From: Verrucomicrobiales bacterium
Lineage (GTDB): Bacteria; Verrucomicrobiota; Verrucomicrobiia; Verrucomicrobiales; SLCJ01
DNA length: 43,297 nt
Reading direction: 5' to 3'
NCBI GenBank assembly: GCA_046075565.1
Contig: JBJTQJ010000113.1
Location: 1-43,297, forward strand
Positions within the stretch are counted from its first letter, which is position 1, and every line of letters starts with the position of its first letter. This document shows positions 19,551-28,504 of the stretch, piece by piece. The translations under genes and the position numbers were made by a program. The notes beneath the pieces were generated by a model, which saw only the letters and a program-made list of their open reading frames with translations, was not told where the DNA came from and did no database searches.

Positions 19551-20684
19551 ATGAATCCGGTCACAAGCCACCATCCCTTGCCCAATTTGGGCGGAAAGGC
19601 GACGTGTGGAGTCTATTTCCTCTCCCGGATACTCAGTTTTCATCGATTCATCTCTCCCAGAGCCTTCTTTTTCCCGCCTTGCGGTCCTGCCCGATCGCTG
19701 TTTCTGCTCATCCTGCTGGCCCTGCCCTGCTGCTTGCAGGCTGCCCCGCCTGACTTGACCGCCACCGGGGCCATTACCGCGCTCAAGGCGGACGCGAATG
19801 CATCACCTGTCTATGGCGAAACCTACAACCTTGGCCCGACCGTTCTGCGAGGATGGATCTATCTCAGCGGCGGGGCCGGCAATACTCACGGCGCGGACGG
19901 CACCATGACCGGCGAGAGCCGGCAAATCCTCGTCACCGTGGCCAGTGCTCCGGGCAATGCCGTGCTGGCCGTGGACGATGTCATCCTCGGCGCGATGGCG
20001 GCCGACAGTGGCACCGTGCCGAATTTCACCAGTGATGCCCGAAAGGCGTTCGGCGCGGCCGAAAAGACCGGTGCCGGCACCCTCCGCGTCAAACGGTGGC
20101 GGGCGGGCACCATCACCGAAGAAAATATCGCCATGACCATCATGGGCGAATACACTGCCACCGCGCCCTACAGTTGCCCGAAATCCGCACTGATTCTTGC
20201 CAACGCCCGCACCAAACTGGTCAGCCAGCTCCTCGCCCCCAGTTCAACCTTCCTTTCAAATGATTGGGATGGCGCCATCAACGGCCTCGCCCTACTGGCG
20301 GGAGTCCAGCCGGGAGATCCGAACTTCAGCGACGTCCAATCCCGCCTGCAAACCTACGCCCGCGCCCGCGCAAGCGCCGGACCACAGGCGGTGAGCCTGC
20401 CGATCTGGGACTGGGCTTACACCGGCTTGTTCCTCGCGGAATATTATCTCGCCACCGGCGACTCCGCCGTGCTGCCGGGTATCAACAGCTACACGATCAA
20501 GCTCGCCGAGTCACAAAGCATCAACGGCACCTTCGGTCATAGCGCTTCCGTGTTTCGACCCGATGGCTCCGGCCGTCGCATGGGTATCGGCTACGGACCG
20601 GTCAACGCGGTCGGCATCGTCGCCAACATGGCCATCGTGATGGAAAAAAAGGCACTGCTCGCCGGAGAACACGAAAAAGCCTGA
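19551..20684 (+). pseudogene. truncated secreted DUF6288-like protein
   Basis: Signal-like segment, YNLGPTxLRGWIY, RQILVT, DDVILG, DARKAFG, YTATAPYSCPKS, LFLAEYYLATGD, GYGPVN. The ORF ends abruptly in an A/C-rich repeat tract; family members as I recall them are much longer. Confidence 0.7.
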
Positions 20685-20753
20685 CGAAGACAAAAAGCCT
20701 GGCACCAAAACACAACAACACAAAAAGCCCAACAACACAAAAAGCCTGGCACT
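20674..20753 (+). repeat. A/C-rich direct repeat tract
   Basis: AAAAAGCC at 20674, 20692, 20722, 20739; exact 17-nt tandem CAACAACACAAAAAGCC at 20713-20729 and 20730-20746. Confidence 0.85.
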
Positions 20754-20766
20754 ATATTAAAAACGC

Positions 20767-20794
20767 TTGCCAATTTTCCTCCACTGGCTAAAAT
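20767..20794 (+). promoter_or_regulatory. putative sigma70 promoter of the transposase
   Basis: TTGCCA-16 nt-TAAAAT, 9 nt before ATG 20804. Confidence 0.55.
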
Positions 20795-20803
20795 CACCCC
20801 ATC

Positions 20804-21961
20804 ATGAGACCTCCCCGCATCCTTGTTCCGCCTGATATGGACGGGCTATACCACGTGGTCAGCCGTGTGGTGGACCGGAGGATGATTTTCGGAGAAGTCG
20901 AGAAGCAGAAGTTCCGGGAATGGCTGGTCAGCTATGCCGGGTTTTCTGGGATCACGGTCGCAGCGTGGTGCCTGATGGATAATCATTTTCATCTTCTGCT
21001 GCATGTGCCTTCGCGGGAGCGGGAAGGTCCGGCGGGTTTATCGGAGAAGGAGATCCTGCGGCGGCTGCGTCTGGTTTACGGCAAGGCGGAGATGGCCGAT
21101 ATCCAGCGGGTGTTGGCGCAATGCTCCGATGCGGCGTCGCGGATGCGGTATCTGGAGCGGTTTACCAAGCGCATGGGGGATCTGGCGATTTTCATGCGAT
21201 CGTTGAAGCAGCGGTTCAGCCGCTGGTATAATGGTCGCAACCGCAGGAAGGGAACCTTGTGGGAAGACCGCTACCGGAGTGTGGCAGTGGAGATCCAGGA
21301 TCTGGCCACGTTGGGCGCGGCGGCAAGGATCGTGTCGGCGTATATCGATTTGAACCCGGTCAGAGCCGGCATGGTCGAAGATCCGGCCGAGTATGCTTGG
21401 TGTGGATATTCGCAGGCGTTGGTGGGCGAAAAGGAGAGCGCGAAAGGGCTCTTGCTCGTGTGGGGCAAGCGGAGGGGGTTGAAGGGGGCGTTGGCGGAGT
21501 ATCGGCTGTATTTATTTGAGGAGGGGAATGAGCAGAAGACACAAGACAGCAAGACTCAAGACACAAGAACCGGAGAAATGAAGACGCGGGTGGGGATTGA
21601 TGCGCGGAAAGTGTGGGAGGAGAGGAAGCGGGGAGGGAGGTTGCCGCTGAATGTGATGCTGCGTTTGAGGTCGCGGTATCTGGTGGATGGCGCGGCGATT
21701 GGGAGTGAGGAGTTCTTGCGGAGGTTGACTTGCGGGAGACGGAAGAACGCTTCGCTCGAAGACAGTCCCGACCAAGTCGGGGCAGGAAGACAGAAGAAGG
21801 AGGAGACAGGGCATGGCGCAGAGGTTTCCGATGCCCCGGAAGACGTGGCGAGTTTCAAACAATCGGCTCAACCAACAGGCAAGCCCGGGGTGGCGATGAG
21901 GTTCGGTCAGTGGGGAGGCCTGCGGGTGCTGAGGGATTTGCGCGTTGATGTGGTCGGCTAG
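20804..21961 (+). mobile_element. HUH (Y1) transposase, REP-associated tyrosine transposase (RAYT)-like
   Basis: YHVVSRV, WCLMDNHFHLLL (HUH), GTLWEDRYRS, YIDLNPVRAG, YAWCGY; visibly more G/purine-rich than its neighbours; no tnpB follows. Confidence 0.88.
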
Positions 21962-22026
21962 GTCTTGGCACTTTTATCCGCGCGCGGTCCTGTCAGAATG
22001 ACCTTCCCAAGCGGGTTTCTATGCCC

Positions 22027-22275
22027 TCACAGTTTCTCGTAAACCCCTTTGTCGCGGCGTTCGAGGATCGTGAACCCGGCTTTTTTCGCGTCGGAGACTG
22101 AAAGAGGTTTGTGAATCCGGGGGGTATTCATCTGGCTGATGACTTTTTTGACCGGATGTTTGCAGAGCGGGCAAACTTCGAGCGGAGCACGGTCCACCGG
22201 ACGGCGCAGCTCGAAGCCTTTTTTGCAAATCCGGCAGCCGCCCTCTCCGTCGGCGATGTATTCGTAGAGGGGCAT
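22027..22275 (-). CDS. FmdB family zinc-ribbon protein
   Basis: MPLYEY...CRIC..GFE...CPLC..PVKKVIS. Confidence 0.85.
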   Translation of the reverse strand: MPLYEYIADGEGGCRICKKGFELRRPVDRAPLEVCPLCKHPVKKVISQMNTPRIHKPLSVSDAKKAGFTILERRDKGVYEKL

Positions 22276-22311
22276 AGGGGAAAAGTGCCACGGGCCGGGG
22301 TTCCAGCCAAG

Positions 22312-22350
22312 AAAAATCCCGGCTCCCTTGCGGGAAACCGGGAATTTTTT
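22312..22350 (-). terminator. rho-independent terminator downstream of rpsN
   Basis: AAAAATCCCGGCTCCC-TTGC-GGGAAACCGGGAATTTTTT; stem with GCAA loop on the minus strand and T tails both ways. Confidence 0.7.
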
Positions 22351-22385
22351 CCGGAGCAATCCGGATGAAGATATTTCGGAGATGT

Positions 22386-22655
22386 TTACCAACTCGACTT
22401 GGTGACTCCGGGCAGCATACCCATGGAGGCCATTTCGCGGAAGGTAATCCGGGACATTTCGAAGCGGCGCATGAAAGCGCGGCGGCGGCCGGAGACCTTG
22501 CAGCGGTTGACCAAGCGGGTCGGGCTGGCGTCGCGGGGCAGCATGGTGAGGCCGACGTAATCGCCCTCCTCCTTCATCTTCTGACGAAGTTTGGCGTATT
22601 TGGCGACGGTTTTTTGTTTGCGCGCGTTGCGGTTGATCCAGCTCGATTTTGCCAT
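22386..22655 (-). CDS. rpsN: 30S ribosomal protein S14, 89 aa Zn-independent type
   Basis: [45 protein letters not shown]. Confidence 0.97.
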   Translation of the reverse strand: MAKSSWINRNARKQKTVAKYAKLRQKMKEEGDYVGLTMLPRDASPTRLVNRCKVSGRRRAFMRRFEMSRITFREMASMGMLPGVTKSSW

Positions 22656-22770
22656 AATTGAATGATTCGGGATGGGGAATTTGCCTTATTTCCTTGATTC
22701 CGCAAGTAAATTCTCCAGTTTCTTCCTTGCCCGCCCGTCCCGGCGGCGATTTTCAACCGATTCCGACCCT

Positions 22771-23193
22771 ATGAGTGCCGAACGATTTCCCATTTCCCCC
22801 ACCGTGAGCTGCGGCGGGATGGTTTATTTCCCCCGGATGCTGGACAAAATCCGCCTCCACCTTTCCGGTGCCTTGCCGGAGGTTTACGAGGCGAATCTTG
22901 GCAAAGCCATGGACGGCTGGACTTGCCAGTTCCTCCGCATCGATTACCAGAAGGTCCGCGAGCAAATCACCGCTGGTCTGGAGGACGATGAAGCGCTGGC
23001 CTGGTGTTTCGAAAACGGGCGTCGGCCGAACGAGTTTGAGGTCCAGATGTTCAATGAATACATGGCCAAACGGGGATTCCGCGACGACATGACGGAACGC
23101 CTCATCTGGCGCAAGGAGGAAGCCGGGGCTTCCGAGCGGGACGACATCCAGACCTTCTTCGATTATATCGATTTCGACGAAGGGCGTCGCTGA
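22771..23193 (+). CDS. DUF5069 domain protein
   Basis: GGMVYFPRMLDKIRL...TFFDYIDFDEGR pattern recalled for this family. Confidence 0.75.
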   Translation: MSAERFPISPTVSCGGMVYFPRMLDKIRLHLSGALPEVYEANLGKAMDGWTCQFLRIDYQKVREQITAGLEDDEALAWCFENGRRPNEFEVQMFNEYMAKRGFRDDMTERLIWRKEEAGASERDDIQTFFDYIDFDEGRR

Positions 23194-23200
23194 TCCCAAC

Positions 23201-24049
23201 ATGAGCCTGCCCGTCCGCCAGTTTTCCCATCAGGCCATGGCCACGATGTGGGAGCTCTTTATCGCCGGAGACGAGGCTGATGCCGCCGAGGCTGCGCATC
23301 TCGCTTTCCGGGAAATCGATCATCTCGAGACCGACCTGACCCGCTTCCGCCTCGATAGCGACATTGGCCGTCTCAACCAACTCCCTGCCGGCGGAACAAC
23401 CCGCGTCGGAGCCGCGGCCATGGACTGCGTGCTCCTCGCACGCGATGTGCACGAGGCCACCGGTGGTGCGTTCGACATTACCATCGGACCATTACTCAAG
23501 TGCTGGGTTGGGCCCGACTATATTCCCCGCCGCCCGGACCGCGCCGAACTTGCCTCCGCCCGTGTCCGTTGCGGCATGGAAAACCTGATCATCGAGCCGG
23601 AACACCTTACCCTCGGCGTGAAGGTCGAGGGTATGATCGTGGATCTCGGAGCCATCGGAAAGGGTTACGCTGTGGATCAGGCCGCGCTTCGCCTCCACAC
23701 CGATCTCGGTCTCGCCAATTTCATGATCAACGCGGGTGACAGCACATTGTTAGCCACCGGACCCGGACCTAATGGCGAAGGTTGGCCGGTGCATGCCGGT
23801 CGCTCCGGTCGTCTCATTCATCTGCGCGACGAGTCCATCTCCGGCTCCGGTGTTTCCGTCAAGGGAGCGCACGTCATTGACCCACGGAGCGGCAAACCCG
23901 TCAAAATCGGTGGTCGCGATCACGTTTGGGTCCGCACCACCATGGCCTCCGTTGCCGATGCGTTTTCCACTGCCTTCCTCGTCCTCAATCTCAAGGAAGC
24001 CAAGGAAGTTTGCACCCGGCATCCGGAAATTGTTCTCGTGACGAGGTGA
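23201..24049 (+). CDS. apbE: FAD:protein FMN transferase
   Basis: AMAT, SDIGRLN, TGGAFDITIGPL, DLGAIGKGYAVD, HVIDPRSG, ADAFSTAF. Confidence 0.92.
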   Translation: MSLPVRQFSHQAMATMWELFIAGDEADAAEAAHLAFREIDHLETDLTRFRLDSDIGRLNQLPAGGTTRVGAAAMDCVLLARDVHEATGGAFDITIGPLLKCWVGPDYIPRRPDRAELASARVRCGMENLIIEPEHLTLGVKVEGMIVDLGAIGKGYAVDQAALRLHTDLGLANFMINAGDSTLLATGPGPNGEGWPVHAGRSGRLIHLRDESISGSGVSVKGAHVIDPRSGKPVKIGGRDHVWVRTTMASVADAFSTAFLVLNLKEAKEVCTRHPEIVLVTR

Positions 24050-24087
24050 GGTGAGGGGAGGGGAGTAGCGTGGTGGTCGCTCAATCC

Positions 24088-24399
24088 TCAGGTGCGATCT
24101 TCAAGGCCCACCAGACACACGATGGTGGCTCCCCATCCGCCTTCGTCGGCGGCCGCCGGCCAGTGGATCGAAGCGATACCGGGCAGCTTCTTGAGCAAGC
24201 GATGCGTTCCTTCACGAAGAGCGCCACTGCCTTTGCCGTGAATGACACGGACCCGGAGGATACCTTGCTCCCGGCAGATAGAAAGCCACTCGGGCAGGAG
24301 ATCCCCAAGGTCGGAGGGGCGGAAGGTGTGCAGGTCCAGTTCGGGACCGGGCTCAATACGCACCGGCTCGATTTCCTCTTGTTCTCCATCGCCGCTCAC
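24088..24399 (-). CDS. stand-alone Smr domain protein
   Basis: LDLHTF, VRVIHGKGSGALR, GGWGATIV; GTG overlaps the upstream stop. Confidence 0.88.
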   Translation of the reverse strand: MSGDGEQEEIEPVRIEPGPELDLHTFRPSDLGDLLPEWLSICREQGILRVRVIHGKGSGALREGTHRLLKKLPGIASIHWPAAADEGGWGATIVCLVGLEDRT

Positions 24400-24626
24400 G
24401 GCCAAAACCTCCGCAGCACCGCGAGCAGAAGACTCGCCAGAATGCTAATCACGATGCAGGTGACAACTGGAAAGTAAAACCGCGAGCCTTCTTTTTCGAT
24501 CCGAATGTCCCCGGGCAATCGGCCTACCCAATCCAACCAGCCCCGGCCACCGGTGAGCCAGAGCACGAGCCCGACCGCCGCCAAGGCGAGTCCCGCGAAG
24601 AAGATCCATTTGCCGATGGGCGTCAT
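24396..24626 (-). CDS. DUF2905 family membrane protein
   Basis: GRLPGDIRIE...FYFPVVTCIVIS motif between two TM helices. Confidence 0.85.
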   Translation of the reverse strand: MTPIGKWIFFAGLALAAVGLVLWLTGGRGWLDWVGRLPGDIRIEKEGSRFYFPVVTCIVISILASLLLAVLRRFWP

Positions 24627-25789
24627 GTTTTGTCCTCTTCCTTCGCCGGGATCAAGGCAGAGAGAATCGTCGCGATGGCCAAGGTAGCCACGACAACGCC
24701 GAGGGAAATCATCGGGTCGATCTTGATGGCCTTCGGTTCCGTGGCCGTGATGCCGAGGTTATCAAGATAGGGCGGGCCGGCCAAGAGCAGGAGTTTCACG
24801 CCCACGAAGGCGAGAATCAGGATAAGCGCCGGCTTGAGGAAACGGAACTTCGCGATGAGGGCGGCCAGGCAGAAGTAAAGCGCGCGCAATCCGAGGATGG
24901 CGAAGATATTCGAGGTGAAGACGATGAACGGATCCGGAGTGATGGCGAAGATGGCCGGGATGGAATCGACCGCGAAGACGAGGTCGGTGATCTCCACCAT
25001 GATGAGGGCGAGGAACAGCGGGGTCATGGCGGCCTTGACCGACAAGGTGCCAGCGGGCGCAGGTTCCATCACCTCGTGCCCGGTCGTTTCATCAATGCGG
25101 TAAGCCGGCGGCACGGTGCGGCGGGTGAAAAATTTCTGCCCGTCGAGGAAGTCCACCGAGCGGAAATACTTCTTCGCCAGTCGCACCACAGGATTTTTCG
25201 ATGGGTCGGTTTCACCTTCAATGATGGCCATTTTCAGGGCGGTGAGGAGCAGGAAAAGACCAAAGAAGATGAGGATCCATGTGTAACGCAGGATCATCTC
25301 CGCCCCGAGAAAAATCATCCCGCCCCGCATGAGCAGGGCACCGAGAATGCCCCAGAAGAGGACCCGGTGTTGGTATTTGCGCGGGATGGCGAAATACCCG
25401 AAGACCATGGCGATGACGAAGATGTTGTCCATGGCCAGGGACTTTTCGACGACATAACCGGTGAGGTATTGAATGGCGGCGGTTGAGCCGTTCACCTCGC
25501 CGAGAACGATCCGCCCACCGTCGTAGAGCGGGGTGTTGAGTCCGAGCCCCAGCCAGTGGTTTTCGTAGGCCGAGTAAACGAACCCGGTAAAGGCCACCCC
25601 GCAGGTCAGCCACACGATCGACCAGCCGAGGGCTTCTTTCATCGTGACTTCATGGGCATGGCGGTGGAAAACCCCGAGGTCTAGCGCAAGGAAGACAAAT
25701 ACGAGGGCGACAAACCCCACGTAGGCCCAGATTTTCAGATTGGCAGGTTGAACTTCGGCGGCCACTTGGCCGAGCAAGGAGATGTCCAT
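24623..25789 (-). CDS. TerC/Alx family membrane protein
   Basis: GYVVEKSLAMDNIFV, YQHRVLFWGILGALLMR, EITDLVFAVDSIPAIFAIT, SNIFAILGLRALYF. Confidence 0.93.
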   Translation of the reverse strand: MDISLLGQVAAEVQPANLKIWAYVGFVALVFVFLALDLGVFHRHAHEVTMKEALGWSIVWLTCGVAFTGFVYSAYENHWLGLGLNTPLYDGGRIVLGEVNGSTAAIQYLTGYVVEKSLAMDNIFVIAMVFGYFAIPRKYQHRVLFWGILGALLMRGGMIFLGAEMILRYTWILIFFGLFLLLTALKMAIIEGETDPSKNPVVRLAKKYFRSVDFLDGQKFFTRRTVPPAYRIDETTGHEVMEPAPAGTLSVKAAMTPLFLALIMVEITDLVFAVDSIPAIFAITPDPFIVFTSNIFAILGLRALYFCLAALIAKFRFLKPALILILAFVGVKLLLLAGPPYLDNLGITATEPKAIKIDPMISLGVVVATLAIATILSALIPAKEEDKT

Positions 25790-26146
25790 GAGGGAGAAAT
25801 TTGGAGAACGGGAGACCTTACGCCTCGCACCGGGCCCCGAACATAGCACAGTTTTCACCCAACTCGAAAGATCCGCTGAGAACGGGCAGGGATAGAATTC
25901 CCATGATTTTTCCGTTCATGGAGAATTTTTGGCCAAAATGGATAAAAATTCTAGTAAGCCTATCCGCTTCGGGGCAAAACTTGTAAAAATTTTATCCCAA
26001 AACTGAGTTTTGTCTTGCTCTCGGCCCGAAAAATGCTCAATTCGGGAGCGTCGGGCGTCTCCCGGGTCAGCGGACCCATGAGAGGTGCATTCTTACCTAC
26101 ATTACCGCAATCCCCCAGCGACTCATCCAACCTCTCCACGATTCAC

Positions 26147-26755
26147 ATGGAAGATTTATCTCATCTCGTAGCTTCCACCCCTGAATGTCAGATGAACCCC
26201 TCTCGGAGGAGGTTTCTTGGAGTGATTGGAGCCGGTGCTGCCGGACTGGTGCTGACACCTGAAGAAGCACTTGCGGCACCTTGGCCGAGCGGCGGGGCTG
26301 GCGGTTCTCCCCGGTGGAACCAGTTCATCAATGATTATGCTGCCTATTTGGCCAAACAGCGGCTGCGGAATATTTCTGTCAAACAAGTCATCTTTGCCCA
26401 CATGAAGTCACGAGGCACCGTGCGGAACACCCCGCCGCCCCGGTCGATGTGGAAAAACATCGTCACCACCCTGCGGGTTGCGGATCGCATCGCAGCCGAG
26501 TTGCGTTCTCCGGTGGTGGAGGTCGTGTCTGCCTACCGTTCTCCCGGCTACAATGCCCGCTGCCCGGGGGCCAAACGCGAGTCCATGCACACGCGGAACC
26601 TTGCCCTCGACCTCAAGTTTGCCACTTCGCCCCGTAACGTGGCGGCCATGGCCGAACGTCTCCGTGACAAACGCTACTTCAAGGGTGGCATCGGTCGTTA
26701 TAGCACTTTCACCCACATCGACACGCGGGGTGAAAATGTGGATTGGAACGGTTGA
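26147..26755 (+). CDS. Tat-exported peptidase M15A (D-Ala-D-Ala metallopeptidase / YcbK-like)
   Basis: SRRRFL twin-arginine motif; SAYRSP, SMH...ALD, FTHIDTRG Zn-ligand pattern. Confidence 0.85.
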   Translation: MEDLSHLVASTPECQMNPSRRRFLGVIGAGAAGLVLTPEEALAAPWPSGGAGGSPRWNQFINDYAAYLAKQRLRNISVKQVIFAHMKSRGTVRNTPPPRSMWKNIVTTLRVADRIAAELRSPVVEVVSAYRSPGYNARCPGAKRESMHTRNLALDLKFATSPRNVAAMAERLRDKRYFKGGIGRYSTFTHIDTRGENVDWNG

Positions 26756-26832
26756 TTGATGGCCTGCGGTGGAATCTCAGTGATGCGCAAGGCCTTTCCT
26801 TGCCTTCATGGCCTGCCGCGTTAAGCTTGCAG

Positions 26833-27861
26833 ATGCGCGTTTCTTTTTTCACCTTTTGCGTCCTTCCGTTCCTTGCCGGCGTGTCATGTGCCGGAGATGA
26901 ATTCGGCGATCAATTCGACGAGGCGGTCTTGCGCGAGATCGCGGTCGGCAGTTGCCATCGCACCGGCCCGAAAAGTGAAGAGGCCTTCGCATGCGTCGTC
27001 CGGGCCAAACCGGACGCGTTTCTCTTTCTCGGAGATAACATTTACGGTGATACCCGCGACATGAAGGTGCTGCAGGAAAAATACGCAGCCCTTGATGCCG
27101 TGACCTCATGGAAACAACTGCGGCAGTCGACACGCGTGCTCGGCACCTGGGATGACCATGACTACGGTGAAAACGATGCCGGAGTCGAATATCCCGCGAA
27201 GGTGGAATCGGCCAAGGTGCAAAAAGACTTTTTTGCCATTCCCGCCGATCATCCCATGCGCAAGCGCGAGGGAGTCTATCAAAGCGCGATCTTCGGCCCG
27301 CAAGGAAAACGCACGCAAATCCTTCTCCTCGACACTCGGTATTTCCGTTCGCCTCTGCGGCAGGAAAAGATTGATGGTCGCAAGGCCTATCTCCCGGATC
27401 CGGATCCCGCGAAGACCTTTCTTGGCGAAGCGCAGTGGAAATGGCTCGACACGCAGCTCGCGCAACCGGCCGATGTCCGGATCATCGGCTCGAGCATCCA
27501 GATCCTGCCTGAGGAACACCGCTTCGAGAAGTGGGCCAACTTCCCACTGGAACGCGAGAAACTGCTCAACAAACTTGCAGCCGCGAAGGGGCGGCTTGTG
27601 CTGCTCAGCGGCGATCGGCATTTCGCGGAAATTTCCCGCCAGACCGTAGGTGAGACTCAACTGGTGGAAATGACCACCTCCGGCATGACCCACACGGGAG
27701 GTGGAAAGATAGGCGAAACCAACCGCCACCGGGTCGGCGAACCTGTCTCGTCGCTGAATTGGGGCGTGGTCTCCATCGAGTGGAAAGAGAACGCAGCGCC
27801 GGGACTCAAGCTCGAAGTCAGGAATACGGAAGGCAAGGTTACCGCCAGCCACTCGTGGTGA
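26833..27861 (+). CDS. phoD: PhoD-family alkaline phosphatase/phosphodiesterase
   Basis: GSC, LGDNIYGD, TWDDHDYG, LLDTRYFR, LGEAQWKW, LSGDRH. Confidence 0.88.
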   Translation: MRVSFFTFCVLPFLAGVSCAGDEFGDQFDEAVLREIAVGSCHRTGPKSEEAFACVVRAKPDAFLFLGDNIYGDTRDMKVLQEKYAALDAVTSWKQLRQSTRVLGTWDDHDYGENDAGVEYPAKVESAKVQKDFFAIPADHPMRKREGVYQSAIFGPQGKRTQILLLDTRYFRSPLRQEKIDGRKAYLPDPDPAKTFLGEAQWKWLDTQLAQPADVRIIGSSIQILPEEHRFEKWANFPLEREKLLNKLAAAKGRLVLLSGDRHFAEISRQTVGETQLVEMTTSGMTHTGGGKIGETNRHRVGEPVSSLNWGVVSIEWKENAAPGLKLEVRNTEGKVTASHSW

Positions 27862-27912
27862 GGGCCGGGATTTCCGCTTTCGCCTTCTTCTGCACTCGCT
27901 ATCTTCCCTGCC

Positions 27913-28299
27913 ATGGCGAGCGAGAATATCGAAGAACTTCCCGATGTGCGGGTGGAGGTCACGGATGTGGTCTTCATGCCCGCGCTCGAATGCCCGCCGG
28001 ACAAGCCATTCCCCTTTGTCTATTTCATCACCGTGCGCAACCAATCGCCCCGTACAGTAACATTGCGCGCCCGGAAATGGGTCGTGCGCGAGGCCGATGG
28101 GGAAACCGTCGTTGTGCAAGGCGACGGCGTGGTGGGACAAACCCCGCGTCTCGAACCGGGAGAAATTTTCTCCTACAACAGTTACCACACCATCGCGCGC
28201 GACAGCGAGGCCAGCGGCGCGCTTTTCGGGGAGAGCGACGATGGTTCGCTCTTCTTCACCCGCATCCCGCCCTTCCGTATGGAAGTGCCGGGAACCTGA
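27913..28299 (+). CDS. apaG: ApaG domain protein
   Basis: FVYFITVRN, LRARKW, VQGDGVVGQTPRLEPGEIFSYNS, IPPF. Confidence 0.88.
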   Translation: MASENIEELPDVRVEVTDVVFMPALECPPDKPFPFVYFITVRNQSPRTVTLRARKWVVREADGETVVVQGDGVVGQTPRLEPGEIFSYNSYHTIARDSEASGALFGESDDGSLFFTRIPPFRMEVPGT

Positions 28300-28335
28300 G
28301 GGCGGGCGCGGAATTCCTTGACGCTTCCCGCTTAG

Positions 28336-28426
28336 CGGCACGGCTTCCCGTGCCGGGTGGCCGGAACGCGAAAGCGTTCGGCGAGGCCGATCAACCCCTA
28401 AAATGCTCTTGGCAGCTCGGCCCGGC
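28336..28426. ncRNA. candidate structured intergenic RNA, family unassigned
   Basis: Hairpins CGGCACGG-CTTC-CCGTGCCG and GAACGC-GAAA-GCGTTC; GCCGGG (28352) can pair with CCCGGC (28421). Confidence 0.3.
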
Positions 28427-28504
28427 AAAGTTAGAATTTGCGGTCTCGACTCGGATCGGGAGGTGTTTTGTCCGGCTGCAAACTTTCCCTCCTACCGTTA
28501 TCTC

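Noticed and set aside
20674-20753. CRISPR-like array in the repeat tract
   Set aside because: Units are 8-17 nt and irregular, with no unique spacers and no cas genes
20804-21961. IS200/IS605 element with TnpB
   Set aside because: No tnpB or subterminal hairpins; length and NPVRAG motif fit the RAYT-like group
20745-21980. TGGCAC motifs as sigma54 -24 boxes
   Set aside because: None has TTGC at the required -12 spacing
25790-25900. yybP-ykoY Mn riboswitch expected upstream of terC/alx
   Set aside because: A GGGAGACCTT word is present but on the wrong strand, and the matching GGGGAGTA element is missing; cmscan would be needed
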